Part shown: positions 12,166 to 25,754 of the stretch, piece after piece | Position numbering within the stretch: position 1 is the stretch's first letter | Layout of the letters: each line of letters opens with the position of its first letter | Assembly: GCA_951406725.2 (NCBI GenBank) | Contig: OX597819.1 | Span: 75,702,001 to 75,766,000 of the forward strand | Length of the DNA stretch: 64,000 bases | Origin: Octopus vulgaris | Taxonomy: Eukaryota | Direction of reading: 5' to 3' | Translations under genes and position numbers: made by a program | The notes under the pieces: generated by a model | Seen by the model: only the letters and a program-made list of their open reading frames with translations | What the model was told of the DNA's origin: nothing | The model's database searches: none

Positions 12166-13699
12166 TGCTCCCCCTATCGGATTCCCAGATACGTTTCTGG
12201 CTCTTTAACATTCCTGAATGGGAAATACCGAATAGACACAACCTGTTAGGAGCATTTCTTCCTCTTTTATGTTCTGGGTTGAAATGCCACCAAAATAGGA
12301 TTTACGTTTCATACTTTCGGTTCGATAAAATAATACCAGTGGAACACTGGGTTTGATGTAATCGACTTGCCCCTTACCTTTACTCCGAAATTGCTAGCCT
12401 TGTGCCAATAGCAGAAAGAGTTATCAAAATAACTATTGATGTTAAGGCAATATAGTGATATAAACATACATATATTTCGGACTTAATGCGTTGCGACATT
12501 TAGTCAAAATACCACGATTTTTATTCTGTATAGAATAAAGGGTATTGGCATATTAGAAGTGAACGAAATCGAAACTAATCAATCTTCATTTTTCCTTTTG
12601 TTTGAGTCAGAACGTAGAATCACATTCCGTGGTGTAAGCCATACTTAATATACAAATTTATCACGAGCAACAAAGTTTGTGGCTTAAGTCGAGAAGTAAT
12701 CTTAAGTAGCTCCTGTTAAGTCATGTATTGTGAGCTCATGCGAACACACATATGATTACATGCACACACATACATGAACATACATGCATGCATATACACA
12801 TATAAATACACAAACACACAAAGGGCATTGTACATTTCCTTTGCCGTTTCCTTTTTCTTCTTCAGTTTATAAGTGATGCGTCAATATGGATTGTTGAGAG
12901 CAAGTGTACCTTTGATGATCAAACTGAACAGAAATATCACAAATATACAAAAGCAAATCTTTCTCACTGACGGAACAGTGATTGATGTCTGCAATGTAAT
13001 TACAAATTGGTTGAAACTGTAAATTACCAGTTAAACGTTAATAAGTTTCGACAGAATCTAACCTCTATATTTTGGCGATGTAAACGTCTAAAAGTATTCG
13101 CACATCATATAAATCAGTTTCGTGACACAGATTTTGCAAACTAACAGAGAAATATTTAGCAGCAACCGCGAATATTTCTTTCTGAATCTTTTTCATTATT
13201 GTAAACAATGTATACTGAAGCATGAAGATATTTAAACACAAATTATCTCATTCCGTTTGCTGTTATTAACACTTGCAACCCACCACACCAACAACAAAAA
13301 CACACATCCCTACAAACTGAATGACTTTTATTTAGTATCGCAATACCTACAAGATTATTATCCAAAACGCCTGTGTGTTGTCTCTGCGCATCACAGCACA
13401 CAAAATCTTTCGCTTTTCAAATTGCAGTCGTTTTTTTTTCCTGTTTCTTTGCCAAAATAATCTGCATCAGTTATGCTGAATCCTCCAAATCCCCACTTCA
13501 CAACCATAATGTATCTGTATACAATATGCACATGGACAAATCATGCGCATTTGGTGATCACTTTGCATCCAATTTCTCACTGCACATGTTTAAAAAATAT
13601 CCAAAACTGTCCCTTTCCACTCCTCGTGTCTCACCAAGCATGTAAACATTCACGAAGCGTGTGAAACGATCCCCAGTAACTTCAAAACAAGACTTCTGC

Positions 13700-14220
13700 C
13701 CCATTTCGATAATCCCCATTTCCAAGAAAGGAAAACTCTTTTACTCAACCAACTTTTATTCTATGTATGCACTTCAGTCATCTTAAAGATGATGGAAGCA
13801 GTCATCGTTAACAGACTGCTCCAGTCGCCCTTAATAACCACTGCTAATACTTACCGCCTTAATAACCACTGCTAATACTTACCGCCTTAATAACCACTGT
13901 CATATAAGTCATACTTATTGGAGATCTACTCACCTATGTCACTCATCAGCATGCTCTCGCCATCCAGAGATTTAGTGGCAAAACTTTGTTGGCCTCCACA
14001 TCAACAAAGCATACACCATGGCCGACTCTCAGATCCCCGGGCAAAGCTGCCCACTTATATCTTCCACCCTTCTCTCTTCCAAGGAATCAGTGGCTTCTTG
14101 TCAGACCGCTGCTCTGATTTACACCTTATCGGCTCTGTTGTGAGCCAAGGTTCGGTTTTTGTCTTAGTACTTTTCTTCCTGTACCTCAGCTATTTATACG
14201 ATGCCTTCTCAAAGAATTCC
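13700..14220 (+). pseudogene. Highly degenerate LINE reverse-transcriptase fragment (CR1/L2/Jockey group)
   Basis: Broken motifs in RT order: IIPISKKG, TSVILKMMEAVI, GDLLTYVTH, AKLPTY..ISGFLSDR, SQGSVF..LFFLYL. Confidence 0.65.
13827..13898. repeat. 28-bp minisatellite, ~2.6 copies
   Basis: Unit GCCTTAATAACCACTGCTAATACTTACC. Confidence 0.9.
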
Positions 14221-15997
14221 CGGTTTTACTCACCCAACAAAAGCTGTCCTTCCTCTCCAGTGTTAGAAGGCATTTCAGACTGTGACAACTACTAATCCTT
14301 TTCAATGCAGTATTACTCTCACATCTAGGATGGTGTTGCAGTTTCACACAGAAATGTTCCAGTGAATACAAAGAAATGAACCTCGTCTCGTCTCCTCATT
14401 CATAATGTGTCTACCTCCTCGGATCACTGCACACTGTCATTCCTCTCCAAACCCTCTGTCTTTCAGAATTTCTTTCGTGTTAATGTTTTTTTCTGCAGCC
14501 GTCGATTTGTAACCGCTCGATAGGAACGATGAACACATCTCTCTCACCAGTCATATTTCAAGAAAGGATTTATGCAGGCCATGAACACAGGTCTTTCTTT
14601 CAGATCAATCAAATAACAAAGAAATAAACAGACCAAACTAATTTTGCTTCCCCAAACTCCAGAACCAACCAGAAATCCTTTCCATGAACGCTCAGCTTGT
14701 CAGAAATTTCATTCCAATACTACAAATATAAGGCGACATTGGATAATTTGGTCCTTGATATATTCTAGAATAAAAAATGGAATAGTAATTATTATAAAAC
14801 CTTGTATTAAAGTTTGTTTTTAGACTCTGTATTTAATGCGTGATCAATCTGGTCATATTACACCCCCACGCATACTCACACACATAGACAGACACACACA
14901 TAGACAGACAGACAGACACACACAGACACACACGCACACAAACACTCACAGACACAGACACACACACACACACACATATATATGGAGAGAGAGGGGAGAG
15001 GGAGAGAAGGATGCTACATGCAAATACCGAAATGTATTCTAATCGAAATAAGCAGAACAGAGATCACAGAACTCGGTACCCTTTGACAAGTCAGCTGTCG
15101 AGGCACGTTTGAACCGAATGATGCATCACAACTATTTGTACAGAATCTCACCCGGACCAATGAACGATGGGTCGAAACGATCACAGTGATTAATAAAGAG
15201 TCTCGTGAATTTCATTTTCTCTTTCTCTCATGTATACATATATAGATATGCGCTTTCACCAATCTCTCTCTCTCTTCCTCTACTTCCTGCTTTCTCTCTC
15301 ACTCTTTCTCTCTCTTTCTCTTTCACTGTCTCTCTACACAAACATATGTGCGCATGTGTTTCTACGTATAATATGCGTATTTGTATGCAAGTAGTATGTA
15401 AGAAAGTCTATTTTATCGCTGGAACAAACATCTTCATACGTTTACCATTAGACCACTACATATAATTTCTCTACGCACAAGCGCTCAAAATACAAAATTA
15501 TACGTTACCCATTTCGTAAAATAACAAGATGGCCTTCAAGTAAAAGTTGACGTTATTTTCAAAGATTTATTTCTAGTTCACTTCCGCTACAGTAACCATG
15601 AATAAACAGGCAATTTTCTTACCTTGGTACTTAACCTAATACTAATGCTTACGCCACACGCAAACACGTACATACATTGATCTACAGAAACATATATACC
15701 GATATATGAGCTAGAGAGAGAGAGAGAGAGAGAAAGAGAAGGAGAGAAAGACGGGATAGACGGGGGAGATAGAGGAGAGAAAAGAACTCTCGTAGAGTAA
15801 TATGGAAGAGAGAAGGAAACGAAGCATAGATTAGAAAGGAGGGGAAAGCAACAATAGCAAAGACAAGAAATAAGAAAAAATATCGCAGAAAAGAAGCAAT
15901 GCTATTAGCATGATTAGTAAAAGAGAGTAAGGTGGTCAGAGTATGTGCGTGAGTGTGATGAATTGAAGGAGACTTCGTACAAGAGAGAGAAAGGGAG

Positions 15998-16048
<51 letters not shown>

Positions 16049-16802
16049 TAGATAGATAGATAGAGAGTGTGTGAGAAAAAGCGAGCGAGTGTGTGTGCGT
16101 GAGAGAGAGAGAGAGCCAGAGCGAGCGAACAAGAGATAGAGAGGGAGAGGGAGAGAAGGAAGGAAGGAGAGAACGATAGAACGGGAGTGAGATTGCAAAG
16201 AATAAAGAGAAAAATGGTAACAGGAGTACATGAAAAGTATCTTAGAGTTAGGAAATTGAATGTGTACCGCAAGAAAAATAAACTGAAAGTTTGTAGTGTC
16301 AATGTTTCACAGTGAATCTTATCTGATCGATCAGTACTATCGTCAAGGATATTCCGACCGTGCCCATCACGTATTTTTTGATTTCTGACAGTCAATTTAT
16401 TCAACGTGTCTGTTTATTTAAAGACGTTAGTTTGTGATTCGAAAGACGTTTGACTGTTATGTTTAGCCTATCGAGAAATAGTGAAGAGGCTCCTACGCTG
16501 GTTCAATACCGAGAAGTTAAACAGAAAGGCGGAGAGTTGAAATGTTAAGTTTAAAGTAAAGTAAGTTTAAGTATATGACGTATTTGAAATGCATAGTAGT
16601 GAGGTGGTGGTGGTAGTGGTGGGGGTGAGGGGTAAACTATGCGTGTTACCAATTTATCCGGGTATGTGTGAACGAATACGTGTTTGTATGCACTGGATCA
16701 TGGACATGCGTATGTATAGGTCTGAACGTTTTTCTACCTACTTTGCTTCTGATGTGAGGTTCGCCAAACATATGTTCTGAAGTTTCCATCAAATATTGTT
16801 AA

Positions 16803-17115
16803 AGCGGCGAGCTGGCAGAATCGTTACCGTTACGTACAAAAATGCTTAGCAACTTTTCGCTCGTCTTTAAATTCTGAGTTCACATTCTACCGTGGTCGAC
16901 TTTGCTTTTCATCCTTTACAGCAGTGAGCTGGTAGAATCGTTATCAAGCCAGGCAAAATGATTAACGGTATTTCGTGCGTCTCTACGTTCTGAGTTCAAA
17001 TTCTGCAGAGATCACTTTACCTTCATCATTTCGGGGTCGATAAAATAAGTACCAGTTGAACACTGGGGTCGATATAATCGACTGAAATTGCTGACCTTGT
17101 GCCAAACTTTGAAAT
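16803..17115 (+). mobile_element. SINE family C, two heads in tandem followed by one tail
   Basis: GCGGCGAGCTGGCAGAATCGTTA..TTCTGAGTTCA twice, then TTCGGGGTCGATAAAATAAGTACCAGTT. Confidence 0.75.
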
Positions 17116-17125
17116 GAATATTGCT

Positions 17126-17450
17126 AAAGCATTGTTGTGTCTTGACGGCTCACCTGCTCAACCTTATGCCGGGAAATTATTTAATAGGAATATCAGAATT
17201 AAATGTCAAATTTTTTTTTGCCTCCCAGCATATTTTCAGTAACCCTTGAACCAGGAAATACCTCTACCATATAAGAAATTGTACGAGAATAATTTTGATG
17301 GAAATAATTGGTGTGTTGGAGGACGGCAAAAATACCGAAAAAATATAAACCACTTCAGACACTACGAGCATTAAGCATTCCCTTATCGCTTTGCTGTGGT
17401 TAGATGACGTCTACAACTTTGGGCAAATGGGTGAAAGTTACTATATAACA
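17126..17450 (+). pseudogene. pogo/Tigger-like DDE transposase relic
   Basis: KALLCLDGSPAQ .. FLPPSIFSV .. PLNQEI .. YKKLY parallels LLLLDNAPAH .. FLPPNTTS .. QPLDQGII .. FKK.Y; frameshifted. Confidence 0.55.
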
Positions 17451-18244
17451 TTGGACCCATTTTAAAGTTTGAAGTATTTGAGGTTAAATACATTTAGCGC
17501 TTCTTTGTAAATTCTGTCAAATGGAAAACTGCCTGAGATGATGTTCAGGTGTTACTTGAAAATAATGAAAACATTCCTGGTTATCAAATCGCTGATGTAA
17601 AAAACTGTGAATGAAGTTTTATATAGCAGAGCAGAAACAATAGAACATATTTATGAAATTACACTAACACGGACAAAAACCAACACTGTTTGAAATGAGG
17701 AATCTCATGAATATCGCCATTCACCACAAAGGGAGAACAACTGATCTTGAGGTTGTATATCATGAAAATTCTTCACAGTTCTAGGCGACCATTACACAAA
17801 AATAACGTTAGAATGGCAAATAAGTGGATACTTTCTTGAAACTAACTTCACCGACTCTTACTCCGCTTTTATTTCCAGCGGCTGTCTATATATGCAAACG
17901 AACATTGGTCCCACCGGTCGGCCATATTTCCGAAACACCCGAAACAGAGGATTTCGCATCACTTCTACATCCAGGTTTTAAATAAACACTACTGCACTTG
18001 CAAAATCATTACGGCAAAACTCTCATCAAGGTTAGAGTCTAAAAAGAAAATAATGATGACATATTCTTTAATTTATGACTTTATATTGCGCAGTAGTTTA
18101 TTTGACTTTTGAAGCTATGTTTTTACATAAAAACGATAAAAATGAGTGCGATTGCTTGATTGCGTTCGATTTAACGGTCTTACGGCTTTAACATCTCCCG
18201 ATTGAGCCGTTCAGTCGAGGGTTAGTCTCTGTGTGTAACTCATA

Positions 18245-18280
<36 letters not shown>

Positions 18281-18770
18281 CTAGCAGTATCTCCCGGCGT
18301 TGCTCGGGTTTGTAAGGGAAATAACTATATAAACATTTTTAGAGAGTTACTTCCCTTATAGATGCCAATTCGGGCTTTCTTAGCCATTTCTGTTTTGGTG
18401 TCTTCAAGCCATGAAATCGTTGTTCTAAAAGAATGCTGGCCTCCTTGACAACGCTTTACGACGTTGATTTCCTTACACTCCCTTCCCCACAGCTTCACGA
18501 GGGAGGGAAGAAGGGGTAGAAGCAAACAGGTGCAGGTGTGACCATGGACGCCAACTCCGCCGCCATCGACACACGAAAAATTATGCATTAAAATGGAATA
18601 AAAAATGATATTAAATTATTTTTAAAATCGTAGACTCATCGTAGACGCGCGCTAATACTCAGACGGGCTCGATATGAATCACGTCTATAAGATACCCGAA
18701 TTTGGTTAAACTGCACCGCAAAATGTGGGAGTAGTTAGGAATCTAAATCGAAGGGGACAGTTTTATATAT
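18281..18770 (-). mobile_element. Non-autonomous Helitron
   Basis: Minus 3' end CCCG-AGCAACGC-CGGG hairpin, 8 nt, then CTAG|T; 5' end obscured by (TA)n. Confidence 0.7.
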
Positions 18771-18935
18771 ATATATATATATACCTCATGACGCCTTGTA
18801 GCTGTATGTACCTGATGACGCACTGTAGCTGTATGTAGTGAACGTACTCTCAAGGCACACTACTAGCGACATACCCAAAATAAGGTTTGGATACTACATT
18901 TAAATTTTGTATATAAACTTTAATTTTAAACATAA

Positions 18936-18987
<52 letters not shown>

Positions 18988-19010
18988 AATACATACATAT
19001 ACATATATAT

Positions 19011-19075
<65 letters not shown>

Positions 19076-19078
<3 letters not shown>

Positions 19079-19380
19079 AGGCGCAATGGCCCAGTGGTTA
19101 GGGCAGCGGACTCGCGGTCGGAGGATCGCGGTTTCGATTCCCAGACCGGGCGTTGTGTGTGTTTAGTGAGCGAAAACACCTAAAAGCTCCACGAGGCTCC
19201 GGCAGGGGTGGTGATCCCTGCTGTACTCTTTCACCACTCTTTCTCTCACTCTTTCTTCTGTTGGCCTGCTCGCTTAGCCAGCGGGGTGGCGTCATTCGAA
19301 GGCTAAAACAATGCAAACGCATTGTGACCAGCGATGTGTAGCAACATCTGATTGTCTGGTCGGTCACGTGATCATGTGAT

Positions 19381-19388
<8 letters not shown>
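19076..19388 (+). mobile_element. SINE family B head with an alternative 3' tail ending in (CACGTGAT)-like repeats
   Basis: First ~185 bp near-identical to the 8575-8963 copy; unrelated afterwards. Confidence 0.88.
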
Positions 19389-19440
<52 letters not shown>

Positions 19441-19444
<4 letters not shown>

Positions 19445-20328
19445 GAACAAGGTGTACGTTACGCCGCAATATTATTATTGCGTTACGCCGCAATAATATC
19501 TGTATAAAGATTATATATAAAAAATACAAAATGGGACAAGAACGCAAAATACACAAAGAGACGGCATAAAAAACGGACGGGTCATTCGAAGCCTCTAATC
19601 TTCAGTCAGGAACCGGATCATCCTAGCAAATTTCGGCTGATTAATCCTGATATCGCTCCGATCCGGCCAGCCCCAAGGAAAAACTAAGCTGCGAGCATTA
19701 GATTTCTTGGAAAAAGGATCGAATGTATATGAAACAAGGACAGAAAAACGGACGATGCCACACGAATATAAATACAAAAAGCAAAAATAAAATTAAAACG
19801 AGAATGGTAATAACAGGACAAAAACAGCGGGTGTCTTACGACTTTAGACAATTTAACTTATCTTAGCTGGCGTATTTTGAAATAAATGCCTTTGCGGCAG
19901 CGGTCAACGGCGGAAAGACTAGTTGACCATCAGGTCACGTGAGAGTAGAAAAGAAGAGAGAGAAAAAAACCAGGGGACAAAGGAATCAAAGAGAGAGAGA
20001 AAAAGATGGACAAAGGCACCAAGGGGGGGGAGGGAGAGAGAGAGAAAGAATAAATGAAAGAGGGGGAAGAAAGAGGGCGAAGAAACAAAGCCCGCCAAAT
20101 ATTGGCTTGGCAACAGAATCAGTGGTGCAAAGTGAGAAAGACAGAGAAATGTGAGAGAGTGGGGGAAGAGGAGACCAAAGAATCAGAGGCAAGAAAAGAG
20201 AAAGAGAGAACATTGAGGTATAGAGAAAGTGTGTAGAAGTCGTACAATGGTGGAGATGTTTACATACATAAGGGAACAAGGTGTACGTTACGCCGCGTCC
20301 CATTTTGTATTTTTTATATATAATCTTG

Positions 20329-20333
<5 letters not shown>
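19441..20333. mobile_element. TA-flanked insert with both direct and inverted terminal repeats (Penelope-like arrangement)
   Basis: 27-bp direct repeat 19441-19467 / 20270-20296; 37-bp inverted repeat 19501-19537 / 20297-20333; partial homologue at ~54410-54530. Confidence 0.6.
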
Positions 20334-20386
<53 letters not shown>

Positions 20387-20476
20387 ATTTGAGGGAATAT
20401 TATTCCTAACTTACAGGGAAAAATTCAATTTAGAAATACTAAATCAAATTTCACAAAATATAATATATATATAAAA

Positions 20477-20778
20477 ATTAGAAAACCACCTTTAATCAAT
20501 TCAAAATGAACAATTAAATTACACCATCTAGAAAATTACATATAATAGAAATATTAAATGTAAAATATCAATAATATACCAATGATTAAGTAATGTGCAA
20601 AATAATAAATAGAACGTATATATTTGGTATATATACGTTTTAATTATTATTTGCACATTACTTAATCATCGGTATATTGTTGTCATTTTATATTTAATAT
20701 TTCTATTATATGTAATTTTCTAGATGGTGTAATTTAATTGTTCATTTTGAATTGATAGAAGGTGTTTTTTTTTCTAAT
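20477..20778. repeat. ~300-bp imperfect AT-rich palindrome
   Basis: ATCAATTCAAAATGAACAATTAAATTACACCATCTAGAAAATTACATATAATAGAAATATTAAAT mirrored at ~20691-20756; centre ~20626. Confidence 0.92.
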
Positions 20779-21428
20779 ACACACACACACACATATATAT
20801 GCATAAGTATATTTAAATACAACGGTACTACACACACACACATTTAAGAAAACCAAATAAATATAAAATATATCAATACTGAAAACATACTGAGACGTAT
20901 ACACTCACATACATACATATAATAAACATATATACGCTCAGGCATATTTCTACAAATGTACGTGTATGTACGCATTGAGTCTCTGTGTGCGTAAGTATGT
21001 TTCTTCATATGTAAATGTGTAAATGTGTGTGTATGTTCATGGATGTAATACTTGCCATAGTTATTTTAGGTGATAATACTAGCTAATGGAACGGAAGACA
21101 TATAGAATATGAAACATAAAGACTGAGATTGAAAAGAAGACTGCAATGAAGACCAACAGATATAATAAAACGGCTGAGTAAACGTATATTTTTTTCTTAG
21201 AAACATGCAGGACATTCGGGTAATTTCCTGAATTGTACATCTATTCCTATAATTATGGCATTCTCTTTGTTGATTAATGGCCTAGTTATGAATACATATA
21301 TGTACATACATACATACATACATACATACATACATTCATACATACATACATAATACATCATACATATATATATATACATACATACATACTTACACCCACA
21401 CATAAATATATTATTCACACACACACAC

Positions 21429-21463
<35 letters not shown>

Positions 21464-21711
21464 TGTATGTATGTATGTGTGTCGCGGAATAAAAAGTATA
21501 CAAAAATCCACAACAAAGAGTTGAAAATAGAGTAAATAAAATGTAACTGTATTGAAGATATGGTACTTTCTGTTATCTCAAAGAATGTAAGAGAAACCTC
21601 TTAATGATCAGAATTACTAGTTTCCGGTATGAATCTGTCTGTCTGTTTGTCTGTCTCTCTTTATACATACATACATACATACATACATACATACAAACAT
21701 ACATATATACA

Positions 21712-21774
<63 letters not shown>

Positions 21775-21785
21775 TTATATATATG

Positions 21786-21832
<47 letters not shown>

Positions 21833-23070
21833 GCATATATATACACGGCTAATGCCTCGTGCACGTGTCTATATATACATGTTGGGGAAAAATCACCTCT
21901 TCAATAAATGTAACTCGAAATATTGTGTATTCTTTTTAGTTTCACTTTCTGTTAGCCTTTTGTTTTTATTTTTCAAGAAAAGGGAGAGAGGCGGAGAGAG
22001 CGAGAAAGGAAAAGCTATGGAAAGCGAGAAACTAAGACAAGAGAGCGAGAGAAGTGAGCAAAATAAACTCATCGATTGATTCAGTGGATCTGAAGAAAAA
22101 GACATGTTCTCGTAACTGCCAATAGTGATTCACGAAATGCTCGCTTTGGAATAGATATTTCTACATTTGTATATTGGTTCAACAAAAGAATGCAATTATG
22201 TATTTTATTCGGGACATCGAACAAATCTATTTTGAAAGTAGTGCTGTTGAGGAACTGAGTGTGCATAACATACACTTCAAGAGACTTTTTTTTATATAAC
22301 ACCATCAGTCCATTCATAACTGCTATATACTGTATAGCTAAACGAGCAACTAGCTTTGGTGCAACAATGGCTGATGAGGTGAGCACACACTGATCGATTT
22401 AGATATACAAGAATTACCTTGCAACAAATATTCTGTTACACACACGCGCGCGTGCATTAAATATATAAGTATATATTGTCTAATTTGTTTACAGATAACA
22501 CCATAGCACCGAGAACCTGTAGGAATGTTGTGCACTGCCTGTGACTAGAGAGTTTTCTTAAATTAAATAGAATATTTGTGTATGTGTGTGTGTATGTATG
22601 CGAAATTTAAGTTATTTAAAATATGTTTGTGACGTATTTCAACTGCTAAAGGCAAATACACTGCAGAAAAATACTCTAGAGAAAAAAAATGACGGTAACT
22701 GCAGTAATTTGCCTGTAGCAGTTGAAATACGTCACAAACATATTGTAACTAACCTACTATTCGCCTATTCCTAAATACTGCTTGGTACTGATATTACTGT
22801 AATTTTCACGACCTTGGCAGTCTACCGGCGCAAATCAGTGAATGTTGTTGACTGTATTTTAATTAAAGCCACGGCTTGATCAGGTGTTTCCAGAGTTATC
22901 TCTCTTCGATATTACCCATTGATAAGGACTAAAAAGCTAGAAACACCGATGTCTTTGTATCCGACAGGTGACAGCACTAGACAGATATGGAGATTTTACA
23001 CCTTTTTACCATAAGAGAGAATTTTTTCTCACAGAACTGCAGTGAATTTGCCTTTCGCAGTTGAAATAGA

Positions 23071-23123
<53 letters not shown>

Positions 23124-23527
23124 CACACACATACACACACATTGTGTGTGTGCGTGTGTATAAACTGCAGCCTTTGAATTCCCGACGCGTGGATTCTTCC
23201 CTCTGCTTTTATTCCTATTACAACATTAGCTTCCACTTTTTGCAAGTGACTGGTTTGGTATTACTCCCAGCCAGTTACTCTGTGTCCATTTGTCTCTCCT
23301 CGGTTTGCCACGTGTATTATATTAACCCGCAGGCCCAGCCGAAGCCCCCTATGCTGAGTCCGTTATCTTCGGATCGTTTACCCCCTGGTATGACCATCGT
23401 CCCTATACACGCTTCTCTTACAAAAACTCTGAAGAAGAAGATTAACCACGCTGATTTCTGGAAGCTTGGAAAAATGTTAAAATGATGGGCACAAACCAAA
23501 TTAATACACACACACACATATATATAT

Positions 23528-23785
23528 TGGTGACTGTGTGGTAAGAAGACTGCTTACAAACCACAAACCACATGGTTTCGGGTTCAGTCCAACTGCGTGG
23601 CACCTTGGGCAATTATCTCATACTATAGTCTCGAGCCAACCAAAAACCTTGGAAGTGCATTTGGTAGAGGGAAACTGAAAGAAGCCCGTCGTATATAAAT
23701 ATGTATGTATGTGTGTATTTATGTGTGTATGTATGTATTTACGTTTGTCCCCCACCATCAAATGACTGAAACAAGTAAAAGAAAA
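23528..23785 (+). mobile_element. SINE family A, internally deleted
   Basis: TGTGTGGTAAGAAG..GGTTCAGTCCAACTGCGTGGCACCTTGGGCAA..AAATGACTGAAACAAGTAAAAG. Confidence 0.8.
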
Positions 23786-23801
23786 AATAATACATGCATA
23801 C

Positions 23802-23836
<35 letters not shown>

Positions 23837-23842
23837 TGTATG

Positions 23843-23873
<31 letters not shown>

Positions 23874-24700
23874 CATATGGCACAGACGCACAGACCCCTG
23901 TAAAGATACATAACCATCACAGATGCAACACACATCTCACTCCTCGTTCCATATGGTCCTGCTTTAGTGTTTGTAGCAAGTTGGTTGCATGTATCATCAT
24001 TGGTAAATTACTTGCTAGAATACATGTAATCAGCAGAAATCATAAAACCGATACTTGATGCAGAGTAATAGTATATCTAAGTAAAAGATTAATATGAAAG
24101 CATTCTCTGACTGTGTCTATCATTCTAGCATCTATATTCCTACCTTCTCCGTTTCTTTCTCTTCCTCTTTCACCCTCTCCACCTCTGTTTGTCTATCTGT
24201 CTGATTATCTGTCTGTCTGTCTGTCTGTCACCTAATTTTCCTCTGTTTCTATTCCTCTGTCTTCACTCATAATGCAGGTCTCAGTCTTATTAATTCTCTT
24301 TCTCTCTCGTTCTGTTTTTCACTCAGTCAGTCTCTCTCACTCTCATTTTCCATCCATCTCCTTCCCTGTATCACTCACTCTATCCCCGTCAATCTGTTTG
24401 TCTGTCTATCTTTCTATTTTCCTCTTCATCTATTTCTCTGCCTTCACTTACGATTTACTTCTTCTCTGCCTTAGTATTTCACTTTCTCTCTCGTTCTTTA
24501 TTTCACTCACTCCGTCTTTCCCTCCCTCTCCTCCTCTCTCGCCTTTCTCATCCACTTCTCTCACGTTATCCCTCTGTTTCCGTCGATCTGTCTGTCTTCC
24601 TTTTCACTCGTTATGCTCTACTTCAAAACAATTTGCTCTTTTTATATACAAATTCCGGGTAGTTTTTGTATGAAATCACTAAACTCATGCTTTAGGAACA

Positions 24701-24759
<59 letters not shown>

Positions 24760-25754
24760 GAGAGAGTGAGAGAGAGAGAGAAAGAAGAAAAGAGAGAACG
24801 GGAGGTGGAGAGAGATCTAAACATACATTTATGAATAGATACAAAAAAAACAAAGAAAAATAAAAAGAAAGGAAAGCAGAGAAAGGAAGCACCATTAAGA
24901 TAACGGTTTCAGAACATTATCAAATACAAACAGGAAACAACAACAAAAACAACAACAGCAGCCACAACAACGACAACAAACAAATTTGAGGTGTGTGTTT
25001 AGGTTGCGATGGAAACCGAGCTTTAAATGGAGTCTTTTTTATCTGTCAGTTGCCAAACGAGCCTTTACTTTATTCTTAGAGAGAGTGATGAATGGCGTAT
25101 TCGGCATCTTTATTTTTTTTTAGTTCATATCTCTAGTAGAGTAAATTATAGAAAGCAAAACATTTCTTGAGAAGTTAGTACGACTAATGTGATATTATAA
25201 GAGAATTGTTTTTACAAAGTGCTTAGTGTTAAGAGAGTACATACACGCACATACAAAACACACATGCACAGACACACACGAACACCCATTGCACGATGGT
25301 TGTAGACTGATCCTAAAAACAATGGTCGAAGTAATCATCTTCCACTCAATGATCTCTTACTCTCTCTTTTTATCTTTCTCTCCATTGTCTAATTAAATAG
25401 ATTTTTCCCCTCATTTTCTCTGTAACTTGTGCTTTTGGCTATCAACAATCTTTCTGCTTGGTGCTTTTTAAAAATTACATCTCAGGCATTAGGAAAGGCA
25501 GAAAGAGTTCTTCTCATATCCTTTGCGGGATCCGCCGTGAAGAATATGTTCATATCCTCAGAAACAGGAGACATTGCCCCAATACTTACAACGTGAGGTG
25601 GAAGAAGGTTCGATTAAAGTACCCAAGGGCAAAGCGGTAGTGTTAAACGGTGAGATGGGTTAAGACTGCACCCCAAAGTCTAAGTATTTATACAAAAACA
25701 AACTTTTCCCCTAATAAAATATACATAAATGTTGTGTGTGTATATATATATATA

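Noticed and set aside
13827-13898. CRISPR-like short repeats (also 58498-58584)
   Set aside because: Head-to-tail minisatellites without spacers or cas genes.
18808-18856. CTGATGA-CGCACT..AGTG-AACGTAC hammerhead-like string
   Set aside because: GAAA is incomplete and stem I is unconvincing; at most a decayed remnant.
19076-19150. tRNA gene calls here and at ~8890, 46685, 61608
   Set aside because: tRNA-like heads continue into SINE bodies, with TSDs at two copies and no proper acceptor stem.
19575-19645. GAAA...CTGAAGA type-II hammerhead candidate (also ~54415-54460)
   Set aside because: Could not form stems II and III adjacent to the core strands.
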